A stretch of DNA of 64,000 nt from an uncultured delta proteobacterium. GTDB lineage: Bacteria; Desulfobacterota; Binatia; DP-6. The notes beneath the pieces were generated by a model, which was not told where the DNA came from, made no database searches, and was given only the letters and a program-made list of their open reading frames with translations. Position numbers and translations under genes: made by a program. The stretch spans positions 1,504,001-1,568,000 of the forward strand of contig CAWFFN010000005.1 of the NCBI GenBank assembly GCA_963815115.1. The letters are read 5' to 3'. Of this stretch, positions 17,704 through 28,801 are shown one piece after another. Numbering within the stretch: the stretch's first letter is position 1; the number at the start of each line of letters is the position of its first letter.

Positions 17704-20100
17704 GTGAAACGATCGCTCCGCTCCGTCTTGACGCTCGTAGTTCTTGCCGCAGTCCCCGCGGCGGCCGCGGATCTCGCCCGCTACATCCTGCCTCCCGGCA
17801 ACTTCGGCGGCTTGCCCGTCACCGTCAACTCGACGGACCAGCTTCCGCTCTATTCCGGTCTCTCGCCGCTGCGTGACAACATCACGGCAGCCGACATCGA
17901 CCACTTCTACCTTCCCGAGGACTTCACGCCGATCGAGCCGTCCCACGAGGAAGTGACCGGGCGGCCGGGACTTCGGCTCATCTACGACGCCTACGGCATC
18001 CCCCACGTCTACGGACAGACCCGGGAGGACGTCGCGTTCGGGGCCGGATGGACCACGGCGCGCGACCGCAGTCTCCTGATCCAGCTCGGCCGTGGCCCGG
18101 CGCGCGTCGCCGTCGCCGACGTGCCCAACATCGACGCCTTCTCGCTGGTCACCAGCCTCCAGACGTTCACGCCGAGCGCCCAGGCCGAAGCCCTGGTGAC
18201 GCGGCAGGCCCAGCTCCTGGTCGACACCTACGGCGCCAAGGGGCAGGAGGTCCTCAGCGACGCCCAGGCCTACGCCGACGGCATCAACGCCTACTGGGCG
18301 GCGAACGACGTCCACCAGCCGCCCGCGACCGTCAACGACGTCATCGCGGTGACGGCCTTCATCGGTTCGATCTTCGGCGCGGGTGGCGGCGGCGAGGCGG
18401 CCAATTCCAATCTGCTCGCCAAGCTCGAGCAGTCGCTCGGCGCCGACACGGGTCACCAGGCATGGGTCGACGTGATGCTGGCCGACGATCCCGAGGCCCC
18501 GACGACGATCAAGCGGAAGTACAAGTACGGGCCGTTGACCGGTGGCCCGGTGACCGGGTCGGTGGTGCTCGATCCCGATTCGATCCAGAGCATCGACCCG
18601 CGCCAGCCGGCCGCAGCGGCCGCCGCGGCACCCGCTCGCCGGCGCGCGTCGAACTTCCTGGTCGCGGCGCCATCGCGCTCGGCGTCGCACAACTCGCTCG
18701 CGGTCATGGGTCCGCAGCTCGGCTACTACTATCCGGAGATCGTCCAGCAGATCGATCTGCACGGTCCCGGGATCAACGCGCAGGGCGCCGCCGTGCCCGG
18801 CCTCGCCATGTACATCCTGATCGGCCGCACGCCGGATTACGCGTGGAGCCTCACCTCCGCCGGCCACGACGTCCGCGACGTGTACGCCGAGGAGCTCTGC
18901 GAGCCGGACGCCTCGCCGCCGACGCGGGCGTCGACGCACTACCTCTTCAACGGTGTGTGCCAGACGTTCGACACCTTCAACGCCGGCCTGCTCGGGAGCA
19001 CGCCGCTGATCTACAACGTCTCGGTGCACGGCCCCGTGTTCGCCACCGCCACCGTCGGCGGGAAGCTCTACGCCCTCTCGCGCCGGCGCTCGACGTTCGG
19101 GCGCGACTCCCTGAACCTCGCCGCGCTGAAGGACATGACGGAGGGGAAGGCGTCGAGTCCCGCACGCTTCTACCGTGCCGCGAACCAGTTCGGGTTCACC
19201 TTCAACTGGGCCTACGTCTCGCGCAAGAAGACGGCCTACTTCTCGTCCGGGTACCTTCCCAAGCGGCCGCGCGGGCTCGATCGGCGGCTGCCGACGCTCG
19301 GAACCGGGCAGTACGAGTGGGCGGGCTTTCTCAGTCAGAAGAAGCATCCGCACGACGTCAGCGGCCCCGACGGGCTGCTGCTCAACTGGAACAACCGCTC
19401 CGCCCCCGGGTTCATGCACGGAGACGACGAGCCCTACGGGTCCGTGCAGCGCGTGGAGATGTTCAACAAGTGGCCGGCGCACGCTCAGATCACCGACAAC
19501 GTCGGCATCATGAACCGCGCCGCCACGCAGGACGTGCGCTCACCGGTCTGGCCGGTCGTGAGCCGGGCGCTCCACATGAGCGCGGCTCCGAGTCCCCGCG
19601 ACCAGCAGGTGGTGGATATCCTCGACGACTGGGTCAGCCGCGACGCCCCGCGTCTCGATGCCGACGCCGACACGTTCTACGACGAGGCCGGGCCGGTGAT
19701 CATGGACGCGGTCTGGCGGCCGATCGCGAATGCGGTGATGTCTCCCGTGTTCGGCGCGCTCATCGGTGACCTGGACAACGTTCGCGACCTCGACGGCCTG
19801 GAGGGCGAGTCCTACGTGGACAAGGACCTCCGCACGCTGCTCGGTGACCCGGTGAAAGGTCCCTTCAGCCTCGCGTACTGCGGCCTCGGCTCGCTCATGC
19901 CGTGCGTCGATTCGCTCTGGCAGGCGATTCACGCGGCCGCCGACACGCTCACCGCGCAGCAGGGCCAGGTGGACCCGAGCCTGTGGCGGAAGACGGCGTC
20001 GCGGACGGGCTTCGTGCCGGGTGTCCTCCCGACCACGTTCCCGACGACCAACCGGCCGACGTTCCAGCAGGTGCTGGAGTTCGACCGCCAGGGTCCGTAG
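17704..20100 (+). CDS. Penicillin acylase family Ntn-hydrolase, secreted
   Basis: Signal peptide, DAYGIPHVYG, beta-chain nucleophile SNFLV, PQLGY, LNWNN. Confidence 0.9.
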   Translation: MKRSLRSVLTLVVLAAVPAAAADLARYILPPGNFGGLPVTVNSTDQLPLYSGLSPLRDNITAADIDHFYLPEDFTPIEPSHEEVTGRPGLRLIYDAYGIPHVYGQTREDVAFGAGWTTARDRSLLIQLGRGPARVAVADVPNIDAFSLVTSLQTFTPSAQAEALVTRQAQLLVDTYGAKGQEVLSDAQAYADGINAYWAANDVHQPPATVNDVIAVTAFIGSIFGAGGGGEAANSNLLAKLEQSLGADTGHQAWVDVMLADDPEAPTTIKRKYKYGPLTGGPVTGSVVLDPDSIQSIDPRQPAAAAAAAPARRRASNFLVAAPSRSASHNSLAVMGPQLGYYYPEIVQQIDLHGPGINAQGAAVPGLAMYILIGRTPDYAWSLTSAGHDVRDVYAEELCEPDASPPTRASTHYLFNGVCQTFDTFNAGLLGSTPLIYNVSVHGPVFATATVGGKLYALSRRRSTFGRDSLNLAALKDMTEGKASSPARFYRAANQFGFTFNWAYVSRKKTAYFSSGYLPKRPRGLDRRLPTLGTGQYEWAGFLSQKKHPHDVSGPDGLLLNWNNRSAPGFMHGDDEPYGSVQRVEMFNKWPAHAQITDNVGIMNRAATQDVRSPVWPVVSRALHMSAAPSPRDQQVVDILDDWVSRDAPRLDADADTFYDEAGPVIMDAVWRPIANAVMSPVFGALIGDLDNVRDLDGLEGESYVDKDLRTLLGDPVKGPFSLAYCGLGSLMPCVDSLWQAIHAAADTLTAQQGQVDPSLWRKTASRTGFVPGVLPTTFPTTNRPTFQQVLEFDRQGP

Positions 20101-21256
20101 CACGGCCGCTCGCTACCCGACCGTAGGCTTGCTCGTATCGGACCTCGGGAAAGTCGCGCTCCAGGTCCTCCTGCAAGTAGCGTCGTGCGGCGGTGCGGGC
20201 CGCCTCGTCCGGGGCGAGGACGCTGTCGAAGAACGCCCCGACGGCGAGCTGTGCGATGAGGTGCTGTCGGACGGGACTCATCGCCGCGACCGGGGCCGGC
20301 GTCGTGCAGGGACGGGGAATCTCGGCCGGTACGACGAGACCCGCGTCCGGCCCGCCGAGCGCCGCGAGGGTGTCGCGGCCCCGCTGCAGGTCCAGCGTCC
20401 AGGAGAGCAGCCAGCACGCCTCGGTGTCGGCGTTCGGAAGGGCGCGCAGGATGCCGGTGGACTCGTCGGTGAAACCGACGTGGTTCCCGCCGTGGATCGT
20501 CACCAGCCGACCGTGGGGGACCCTCTCGAGGACCAGGGGTGCGTTCGTCGCGTAGTCGATCACGACGTCCTGGTCACCCGCGAGCATCAGAAACGGTACC
20601 GGAGCCCCTGCGAAGAAGCGGGCGCCGAAGATGGTCATCGGCCCGGCGAGCGAGACCACGGCCCGGATCCGCTCATCGCGGAGACGCGGATGATACGCGG
20701 CCAGCGTCGCCGTCATCCCACCCAGCGAGTGACCCATCACCCCGATGCGTCGTGGATCGATGGCGCCGTCGAACGGCCGCTCGCGCTCGTCCCAGGCGAG
20801 GACCCGGTCGATCAGGAAGGTCAGATCGCCCGGCTGATTCGCGACGTCGCCGATCGTCTTCCCGCGTGCCGTCCACCGGCGCGTCAATGGATGATCGGGC
20901 GCGGCCACCACGTAGCCACGCCGCGCGAGCCACTCCGCGAGATAGGTTCCGTCGCTGCGGGCGCCGAAGTAGCCGTGGCTGTACAGCACGAGTGGATGGG
21001 AGCCCGGCACGCCGCGCGGGAACCACACCGTCGTGACGAGCGTCCGCCGGGTCCCGGCCTTCGCGCCGTCGCGGGCGTCATTCGGGCGGGACGCATCGAC
21101 GAAGACGTAGTCGCGCCTCCCGACCTCGTAGCGTCCGGCGGCGACCCGCTCGGCGCTCGTCGAGTCGCGCGGCGGTCCATGCGGCGCGAGGGCACACGCA
21201 CTGGCCAGGACGAGAATTCCGAGCCGGCACGCCACCGCCCCGATCGTGGGCAGCAC
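19949..21256 (-). CDS. Alpha/beta hydrolase (dienelactone hydrolase/PAF-AH-like), probably exported
   Basis: LYSHG, VAAPDHP, GHSLGG; the 3' end overlaps the acylase gene. Confidence 0.82.
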   Translation of the reverse strand: MLPTIGAVACRLGILVLASACALAPHGPPRDSTSAERVAAGRYEVGRRDYVFVDASRPNDARDGAKAGTRRTLVTTVWFPRGVPGSHPLVLYSHGYFGARSDGTYLAEWLARRGYVVAAPDHPLTRRWTARGKTIGDVANQPGDLTFLIDRVLAWDERERPFDGAIDPRRIGVMGHSLGGMTATLAAYHPRLRDERIRAVVSLAGPMTIFGARFFAGAPVPFLMLAGDQDVVIDYATNAPLVLERVPHGRLVTIHGGNHVGFTDESTGILRALPNADTEACWLLSWTLDLQRGRDTLAALGGPDAGLVVPAEIPRPCTTPAPVAAMSPVRQHLIAQLAVGAFFDSVLAPDEAARTAARRYLQEDLERDFPEVRYEQAYGRVASGRATDPGGRTPAPAGTSAGWSSGTWSGGHPARSPSATPSSATGSGPPGPAAR

Positions 21257-21296
21257 TGCCCGATCGCTGGCGTACCGGCTGCTCCGTCTCACGCCG

Positions 21297-22130
21297 CTAG
21301 GTCCGCTTCGACGTCTCCGCTTCCCCGGCGGACAGCACCTCGCGCGCTCGTCGTACCAGTGCCACCATCGCGCGGCGCGCGTCGTCCGGCGTCGCGATCG
21401 GCTCCGGGAACGGCAGCCGGATCGGCCGCGGCCCACGGCCGGTCTGCGCCGACATCTCGAAGCCGTAGCGATCGACCCCGGTCATGGTTGCGGCGGTGGT
21501 GTCGGTCGCGCGCGTGAGCGCCCGGCAGAAGGCGATCATCGCGTCCGCGTGGTCCGCGTTCATGTGCTCGATGATCGCGCTCGCGTGGGGCGCGATGGGG
21601 TCGGGCTGGCCGCCGCGCCAGTCGGCGAGGTCGACCCAGGACATGCGCCCGTAGCCGCCGATGTAGCGCACGCTCTCGACGTCGAGGCGCCAGAAGGCGA
21701 AGTCCGAGTAGTCGACGTAGTAGGCGGCGTTCGGATGCGCGGACAGGTAGGCGTCCTTGGTGACGTCGCGCTCGGGCCCGTCGGAGAGCACGCGCGCGTG
21801 GCCGAGCAGCGTGACGCGCCCCTTCGCCAGCGGATCGCCGTCGCCGCTCTCGGCGACGAGCAGGGAGGCACGCGCATCCGCCCGCAGGTTCTTCGTGTGC
21901 TCGGCGAGCTCGCTGATGAAGAACACGGGCGATGGACCGTCCATGGCGAACGTCACGAGCGAGCCGTAGGGGGCGCCCGCCGGATCGGTGGCGATGGTAC
22001 ACAGCGTCCCGGTGCGGATCGCGGCGGCGAGGGTGCGCGCTCGCTCGCCATGGGTCGGCGTGGGAACGTCGATGTCGTACAGCGGCTGCTCGCCGTTGCC
22101 CTGGGGGCGCAGGTGGGCGTCCTTGCTCAT
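21297..22130 (-). CDS. HugZ / pyridoxamine-5'-phosphate oxidase-like protein with DUF2470
   Basis: PYGSLV, SELAEHTKNL, YIGGYGRMSW, IIEHMNADH, GVDRYG. Confidence 0.9.
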   Translation of the reverse strand: MSKDAHLRPQGNGEQPLYDIDVPTPTHGERARTLAAAIRTGTLCTIATDPAGAPYGSLVTFAMDGPSPVFFISELAEHTKNLRADARASLLVAESGDGDPLAKGRVTLLGHARVLSDGPERDVTKDAYLSAHPNAAYYVDYSDFAFWRLDVESVRYIGGYGRMSWVDLADWRGGQPDPIAPHASAIIEHMNADHADAMIAFCRALTRATDTTAATMTGVDRYGFEMSAQTGRGPRPIRLPFPEPIATPDDARRAMVALVRRAREVLSAGEAETSKRT

Positions 22131-22243
22131 CCGTCGAATCCTCCACCCGAGATATAGCCCGATGGCTTGCTCGACTGCGACCGCCCGACCGCTGCACGCT
22201 GGGAGGGACGTCGAGCGTCGCGGTCTGGCGGTAGGTCCACCGA

Positions 22244-22666
22244 TCACTCGGCGATCGTCTGCCCGGAGCCCCCGAACTCCTTCGGAAAGTCCTTCAGCTT
22301 CGGCAGGCCGTCCTTCATGGGCAGCACGGTCTCGGCATAGTTCACGTGTACGCCGGGCACGAATTCGAGCGTCGGGACCGTTGCGGCGAAAACGTCGACC
22401 AGGCCGAGGGGCGGATGGTTGGCCATCAGGTGGCCGCCACACTTGGCGCAGTATTGCCGCTGGCTGAGCGGTGTTTTCTGGAAGGTCGCGATATGCTCGG
22501 CGCCCGACGTGACCCGCACGGCGTCCGGCTTCCACAGGCTGAAGGCGTTCACCGGACCGCCGGACCACGAACGGCAAGACCGGCAATGGCAATAGCCCAT
22601 GGCCTCGGGCGTCCCGGTGACCTCGAGCCTGATCGCACCGCAGAAGCAGCTTCCCTCGTGAGTCAT
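22244..22666 (-). CDS. GFA (glutathione-dependent formaldehyde-activating / CENP-V) family protein
   Basis: GSCFCG, CHCRSCR, YCAKCG. Confidence 0.92.
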   Translation of the reverse strand: MTHEGSCFCGAIRLEVTGTPEAMGYCHCRSCRSWSGGPVNAFSLWKPDAVRVTSGAEHIATFQKTPLSQRQYCAKCGGHLMANHPPLGLVDVFAATVPTLEFVPGVHVNYAETVLPMKDGLPKLKDFPKEFGGSGQTIAE

Positions 22667-22939
22667 CGCTCACCTCCCGTTGCTCGATCTTGCGTTTCAG
22701 CAGCAGCCGACACCGATCGAGGATGCAATTCAGCCGGATTCGCGGCGCCTTGGAAAGGGTCCGTCAATCCCCGAAGAATGGCAAGGCTCTCGACCCGGTA
22801 TGTCGCGCGTGGAGCATGCCAGCATGCGATCTGGCCGAACGCGTTGCGACGCTCGGGCAAGTATGGGACATCCGCTGCGTTCTCGGCGCACTGTGATCCG
22901 GGGGCGCCGAGTGCCGGGGGCACGAGGGAGACGAAGAGC

Positions 22940-25900
22940 ATGGAGGAACGCCGGAGCGCGGTGCGCCCGACGGTCGAGATCGCGCTGGTGGTCGGTGCGA
23001 TCGTCATGGCAGCCGGCCTCGCCCACGCCGTGGTGACCTGTCCCTCCGGCGGCAGCGCCTCGCTGCCCCAGGGCGGCGACGGGCAGGACCTGGAGGTCAC
23101 GGGGACGTGCACCGTGGGCGCGGGAGAGTACTCCTACGGCAACGTCAACGTCTTCGGCACCGACAAGGTGCCGGCCACCCTCAGGTTCCGGGATGCGAAG
23201 ATCACGTTCTCGGCACGCTCGATCCTGGTCGAGAACAATGGCTTTCTGCTCGCCGGCTGGTCGTCGGCGATGGGAAAACCCCGACCCATCGGCACCAGGG
23301 CTGGCTCGCGGCTCACCATCCGGCTGTACGGAGCCGACGGCGACCGGCCGATAGAGTGCAAGTCGTCGCCGACGTGCGGCGTCGATCCGGCGGTCTGGAA
23401 CGCGAACGCCGATCCGACGAAGCCGCCCGTCGAGTCCATGCTCCCGGGCGGCTCGGACTTCTTCTACAACTACGCCGTCATGCCCGTCACCGAGGGCAAG
23501 CCCTCGACGCCGAGCTATTTCGGCTCCAAGGTGCTCGCGGTTTCCTACGGCGGCACGCTGAGGATCTTCGGCAGGCGCGGTGCGCTGTACGGTCACGGTG
23601 ACGCCAATCCGGCCAACTCGGGACGGAGCTGGCAGCGGCTCGACGGGTCGATCGCACCCGGCGACGAAACGCTGGTGGTCGACGGCGTGGTCGACTGGCG
23701 CGAAGGCGATCACATCGTCGTCACCACCACGGACTACCTGCCGGGGCACTCCGAGGAGCTGATCATCACCGGGACGATCGTGAATGTGGCGAAGAAGCGG
23801 ACGAAGATCCACTTCACGAAGGACACGTGTCCGCCGGGTGATTCGCCATCGTGCGGCGTCAAGTACCATCACTGGGGAGAGCAGTATTCGCTGGGCAACA
23901 AGCAGCATCCGGGAATCGGCCGGCTGGACCTCGAGATCGACTCCGTGGACACCCGCGCGGCGGTGGCGCTACTCACTCGCAGCGTGCGGATCGTCTCGGC
24001 CGGCGACACGCGCGATATGGATTTCCCGCCCGCCGCCTCCGGCTACCAGTACGGCGGTCACACGATGGTCCGGCAGGGATTCAAGGCGTACCAGATGCAG
24101 GGCGTGGAGTTCCATCAGCTGGGGCAGGGCGGACGCCTCGGCCACTATCCCGTTCACTTCCACATGGTCCGGAACACGCCGAGCGACACCTTCGTAAAGG
24201 ACTGCTCGATTCACGACTCGATGACCCGGTGGATAACGCTGCACGCAACGCAGGGCGTCCTGCTGGCGCGCAACGTCGGATACATGTCCATCGGGCACGG
24301 CTACTACATCGAGGACGGCACGGAGACCGACAACAAGCTGTACTCGAACATCGGCATCCTCGCCCGCGCCGCGGTCGACAACGTCCAGAATCCTCGCAAG
24401 GTTCCCGGGATTCTCTCGGCGGCGTTCACGGATCATCAGTACAACTCGCCGTACCACTCCGACTCCGAGACCCCCACGGTGTTCTGGATCATGAACGGGT
24501 GGAACGACTTCCAGTACAACTTCGCGGCGGGCGCGGGGAGCTGCGGCGCCTGCTACTGGCTGACCCCGGGCTACAACAGCGGGATCGAGAACTCGTTCTC
24601 CTGCTACAATCCGGCGACCGGGCAGCGCGGCGCGGCGTGCCTCAACCAGCCGCCCCCGCCACCACCCGCACAATCGGAGTGCGAAACATCGAACGGCGCC
24701 GGCTTCATCTGCGCGCCGTACTCCAAGATGGCGTGGAAGGGCTACCCATCGATGCAGAGCAATCTGGGGCGCGCGGGGATGACGCCGCTCATGAACTTCG
24801 TCGGCAACACGTGCACGTCGGCGATGAACTCGTTCCAGACGGTCGGCCAGTTCGCCGCCTGCAACGGCGTCGCGCCCCTCACCGGCCCGGACGACAAGGA
24901 GCACCTGGCGCCCATCCCGAACCCGCTCGCGCCGCCCGTGCAGGGCAACATCGACCTGGAGGTGTACTATCCGCGCGTGCTCGCCGGCGCGTCGCGTCCG
25001 GCGACCCGGTGCGGCGCCGATCCGGCGAAGGTGGCGGATCTCGATTGCGGGAACGACGCCATGTTCCTCAAGTGCGCCGCCAACGGGCCGCCTCCGCTGC
25101 CACCTCCCGCCAATCAACCGATCACCAACTGCATGGTCACGGTGCTCGACCGCTACACCTCGTCGTTCACCTGGGCCGACACGAACTTCGCGGCGGTGTG
25201 GCTGCGGCAGTTCTGGTTCGTCCTGTCGAACAGCGCGATCACCGACGTGCAGAACGGCGGCATCACCTTCGTGACCGGCGGCGACTACACGCGGTCCTCG
25301 GTCATCGACGGGGTCTGGTCGGTGGCGGCGAAGAGCGCCTTCGTGGGCCGGACCCAGCCGGACGTGAGCGAGGACCAGAAGGCAAATCCGTACGCGGCGG
25401 ACGTCGGCCCGTTCAACCCGCAGTCGAAGCTGCAGTGCCCGATCAACGACCCCACGCTGAACGCCCTGCCGAATCACTGCATCGCCGCGGACGACGGGGT
25501 CGACTTCGAGGTCGCGAACTTCGCCACCAACCAGCGGCTGTTCAGCATCTACGACGGACCCTCCTACCAGGACTCCAACGCCTACCTGGACATCGTGCCG
25601 ACGAGGCTCCCGGACCTCGCGTCGCAGTGCCAGCCGACTCAAGGCAACTCCTGTCCCGCTGCGATGAAGCTGTACGGCCGGCTCGGAGGGATGCCGAAGG
25701 ACGCCACCAACGCATGCTATCTCCCGAACGCCGCGATCGGGTGGAAGCAGCCGAACGGGTTCTTCTATCCACCTGCGTTCCACTCGCAGAACCTCTACTT
25801 CGACAACGCGGCGATCCGGCACTTCGTGATCCAGCCGGAGTTCATGCCCGGGACGTTCAACACCGACCCGACGCGCGTGACGGCTCGCTACTGCACGTAT

Positions 25901-27133
25901 CCGACGCCGGCGGATCCCTCCTTCGGCCTCTTCCAGGGGTTCACCGACGTCGATCGACAGACGGTGCTCAACGACGACGACGGCTCGCTCACCGGGCTGA
26001 TCGCGAATCCGGGCGGCGCGAAGGGGGCGGAGCGCGAGACCATCTCGGTGAACTTCGACAGCTATTTCGACGCGCCCATCGAAGCGGTCGAGTGCGGCTC
26101 CGACGTCGCCAACCCCCCGGCGGACTTTCCGGCGGGCACGGCGAAGACGAGTCCGTACGAGTACCTGACGACCGCCGTCTATCCCGCCTGCGCCCGGTTG
26201 AACGGTCCGCAGCCGCCGGAGACCGAGCCGGCTTGCGGGTATCGCCTGCCGACCGACCCGGTGACGCCGGAGCCGCTCCAGAACCCGAACTGGTGGAGCG
26301 ACTGCACCACCGGCACGTGCTACGGCGTCCCGCTGTTCCGGCAGGGGCTGACCAGCGCGGAGCATTTCGACGGGACGCAGGCGATCCGGATGATGGGCGC
26401 GAACCTCTGGCAGCGGAGCACGCTGACGGCGAACAACGGCGTCTACTACATGGACACGGCCGCCGGCCCCACCAAGCAGGCGGGCAGCCCGAACAAGAAC
26501 ATCTTCGAGGCCGGCCACACGTACTACGTCATCCTGGTCTACGCGACGCCGACCACGCATCAGGTCTACCAGCTCTACGTCGGCAAGGGTCTCGCGCCGG
26601 ACTACCCCGTGAAGAGCGTCTTCCTGACGCGCGCGTTTCCCGGCCAGAGCCATTTCCAGTTCACCGACGATCGGGTCACCTGGCCGCAGGGATGGCTGCG
26701 TGAGTACGATCCCGGCACGGGCATCCTGCAAGTCACGGTCGACATGGGGTTCGACACGTTCAAGACGGAGTTTGCCAGGGCGCAGCGGGACTTCTGCCAG
26801 CCGGCCAGCTTCTGCACGCTCGGCAAGAAGGGCTGCCAGTGCAACGAGGACGGAGCGTTCACGAAGATCTGCAACGACAACGACATCTGCGCTCGATGGG
26901 CGGGCAAGGACATCGACTGGCCGGACGGTGGCGTGTACGGCTTCGGGGTGACGTTTCCGCCTCCGCCCGACTTCGTCCCGGACGACCAGGACCACCGGCC
27001 GGTGGTCCCGCCGGCCGGATGTCTCCGGCAAAGTGCCCCGGGCTGGAACGCCCCCCTGATCCGCGCAAAGCAACAGCTGCTGGGCGCGTGCGCGGACACG
27101 CCCATTCCGCCGGCGCAGTTCTGCGGAGGATAG
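22940..27133 (+). CDS. Large secreted G8-domain / beta-helix protein (CEMIP/TMEM2/fibrocystin-like)
   Basis: Signal-like N-terminus; KVLAVSYGGTLRIFG, VALLTRSVRI, GGHTM, GQGGRLGHYPVHFH, IGHGYYIEDG. Confidence 0.85.
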   Translation: MEERRSAVRPTVEIALVVGAIVMAAGLAHAVVTCPSGGSASLPQGGDGQDLEVTGTCTVGAGEYSYGNVNVFGTDKVPATLRFRDAKITFSARSILVENNGFLLAGWSSAMGKPRPIGTRAGSRLTIRLYGADGDRPIECKSSPTCGVDPAVWNANADPTKPPVESMLPGGSDFFYNYAVMPVTEGKPSTPSYFGSKVLAVSYGGTLRIFGRRGALYGHGDANPANSGRSWQRLDGSIAPGDETLVVDGVVDWREGDHIVVTTTDYLPGHSEELIITGTIVNVAKKRTKIHFTKDTCPPGDSPSCGVKYHHWGEQYSLGNKQHPGIGRLDLEIDSVDTRAAVALLTRSVRIVSAGDTRDMDFPPAASGYQYGGHTMVRQGFKAYQMQGVEFHQLGQGGRLGHYPVHFHMVRNTPSDTFVKDCSIHDSMTRWITLHATQGVLLARNVGYMSIGHGYYIEDGTETDNKLYSNIGILARAAVDNVQNPRKVPGILSAAFTDHQYNSPYHSDSETPTVFWIMNGWNDFQYNFAAGAGSCGACYWLTPGYNSGIENSFSCYNPATGQRGAACLNQPPPPPPAQSECETSNGAGFICAPYSKMAWKGYPSMQSNLGRAGMTPLMNFVGNTCTSAMNSFQTVGQFAACNGVAPLTGPDDKEHLAPIPNPLAPPVQGNIDLEVYYPRVLAGASRPATRCGADPAKVADLDCGNDAMFLKCAANGPPPLPPPANQPITNCMVTVLDRYTSSFTWADTNFAAVWLRQFWFVLSNSAITDVQNGGITFVTGGDYTRSSVIDGVWSVAAKSAFVGRTQPDVSEDQKANPYAADVGPFNPQSKLQCPINDPTLNALPNHCIAADDGVDFEVANFATNQRLFSIYDGPSYQDSNAYLDIVPTRLPDLASQCQPTQGNSCPAAMKLYGRLGGMPKDATNACYLPNAAIGWKQPNGFFYPPAFHSQNLYFDNAAIRHFVIQPEFMPGTFNTDPTRVTARYCTYPTPADPSFGLFQGFTDVDRQTVLNDDDGSLTGLIANPGGAKGAERETISVNFDSYFDAPIEAVECGSDVANPPADFPAGTAKTSPYEYLTTAVYPACARLNGPQPPETEPACGYRLPTDPVTPEPLQNPNWWSDCTTGTCYGVPLFRQGLTSAEHFDGTQAIRMMGANLWQRSTLTANNGVYYMDTAAGPTKQAGSPNKNIFEAGHTYYVILVYATPTTHQVYQLYVGKGLAPDYPVKSVFLTRAFPGQSHFQFTDDRVTWPQGWLREYDPGTGILQVTVDMGFDTFKTEFARAQRDFCQPASFCTLGKKGCQCNEDGAFTKICNDNDICARWAGKDIDWPDGGVYGFGVTFPPPPDFVPDDQDHRPVVPPAGCLRQSAPGWNAPLIRAKQQLLGACADTPIPPAQFCGG

Positions 27134-27248
27134 GGTGGGGTCGGCGACGGCCGCGGCGCGGCTGCAGGCCCTCGGTGAGCGTTCGGACGGCGCCACGCCG
27201 TAGCCGTGAGCCGTTCGAGTCGCCAGAGGGACAGGTCAGGCAATTCAG

Positions 27249-27279
27249 TTGACCCCGATGGCGGGCTCGGTGGTAGTCT
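27249..27279 (+). promoter_or_regulatory. Candidate sigma70 promoter (TTGACC ... TGGTAGTCT extended -10)
   Basis: About 45 bp upstream of the ATG at 27325; the 19-bp spacer is long. Confidence 0.3.
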
Positions 27280-27324
27280 CCCGCCCGCCTCGGCCCGACG
27301 CCGATGCTGAACGGGGGGGAATCG

Positions 27325-28763
27325 ATGACGCGCGGCCTGCTGCTCCTGGCGTTCCTCGTGCTGCCCGCACTTCCGCTCGCTCATTCGGCCGACCAGACAG
27401 TCCGCGGGAACACGCTGGTCGTCAAGGATCCCGGCACATCCGCCAAGCGCAAGATCACCGTCAAGGCGAAGGAAACCGCGAGCGACGACACGCTGGTTGG
27501 CGACCCGACCACGAGCGGCGCGACCGTCACGATCACCGCCAATGGCGCAACCCCGACCAGCCAGACGTTCACGCTGCCGGCCGGCGTGAGCGCCATCACG
27601 CAGAAGCTCTTCTGGAGCGGGGACGCGGTGAAGGGGTTCAAGTACAAGGATACGAAGGGCGAGCACGGTCCCGTGAAGAGCGCCCAGATCAAGCTCAAGG
27701 GTGGGACCTTCCAGATCCAGGTCGCGATCGACGGCAAGGGGGGTGCGGTGGACGTCGTGCCGCCGAATCCCGGCTCGGATGGCTGCGTGTTCCTCACCAT
27801 CGGCGGGGGAGACGCGTACAGCATCCAGTTCGCGACCGGTCAGGTGACCAACAAGGGACCCGGGCTCTTCAAGGTCGCGAAGCCGACCGGCGAGGGCTCG
27901 TGCGCGCCGACACGACGACCACGACGACCACGACGACCACCTCTTCCACGACGACGACCACCCTGGGCCTTCCCTTCATCCCGCCGCCCGGGGACGCGCC
28001 GCTGCGCTATCGTGACGCGGTGTTCGGCATGGTGAGCACCAGCAGCGACGTCGTCTACGGGAGCGCGACGAACATCGCAGGGCAGACGATCACGCTGCGT
28101 TTCGATCTGTACGAGCCCACCGGCGACACGGTGACGGAGCGGCCCGCCATCGTCTGGGTCCACGGAGGCTCGTTCTCTTCTGGCGACAAGACCTCGCCGG
28201 AGCTGGTCGACGAGGCAAACACGTTTGCGGAGAAGGGCTACGTGAACGCGTCGATCAACTATCGCCTGGAGCCCGGAGGGTGCTCGGCCGGAGCACCGAC
28301 CGCGGACTGCGTCACGGCCATCCAGGAGGCGCAGGCGGACGCACAGACCGCGGTGCGGTTCCTGCGCACGAACGCGGCGACCTACGGGATCGACCCGGGT
28401 CGCATCGCGATCGGCGGCTCGAGCGCCGGCGCGATCACGGCGCTCAACGTGGGGTTCCGCTCCAGCGAGGATCCGACGGCGGCGGTCGGCGCCGCGGTGT
28501 CCCTCTCGGGTGCGGCCCTGTTCGTCGCGATCGACTCGGGCGACGCCCCGAGCCTGCTGTTCCACGGCACGGCGGACGTGGTCGTGCCGTATCAGTGGGC
28601 GGTGGGCACCCAGAACGGGGCGCTGGCCGCAGGCCTCGACTGCTTCCTCACGTCCTGGACCGGCGCCGGGCACGTCCCGTACGTGCAGCACCGCAGCGAG
28701 ATCCTCGACCAGACCACGAACTTCCTGTACTGGGAGCTCGATCTGTCCAACGCGGCGCACTGA
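27325..28763 (+). CDS. Secreted esterase (N-terminal beta domain + Thr linker + alpha/beta hydrolase), frameshifted at about 27911
   Basis: Frame 1 carries the signal peptide and GFKYKD domain; frame 2 carries the TTTT linker, HGGSF and GSSAG; restoring one C joins them. Confidence 0.8.
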
Positions 28764-28801
28764 CATCGCCGGCACGCGAGGTGCCGGCGACGCCAGGTTG
28801 T

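Noticed and set aside
19949-20100. Functional convergent overlaps (also 14466-14584)
   Set aside because: The overlapping tails are low-information extensions, common in GC-rich DNA or caused by a lost stop.
23969-27196. Long antisense and alternate-frame ORFs (also 3640-5403, 14383-17154, 49274-52135, 60356-62734)
   Set aside because: They are Arg/Gly/Pro-rich shadows of real high-GC genes with no recognisable motifs.
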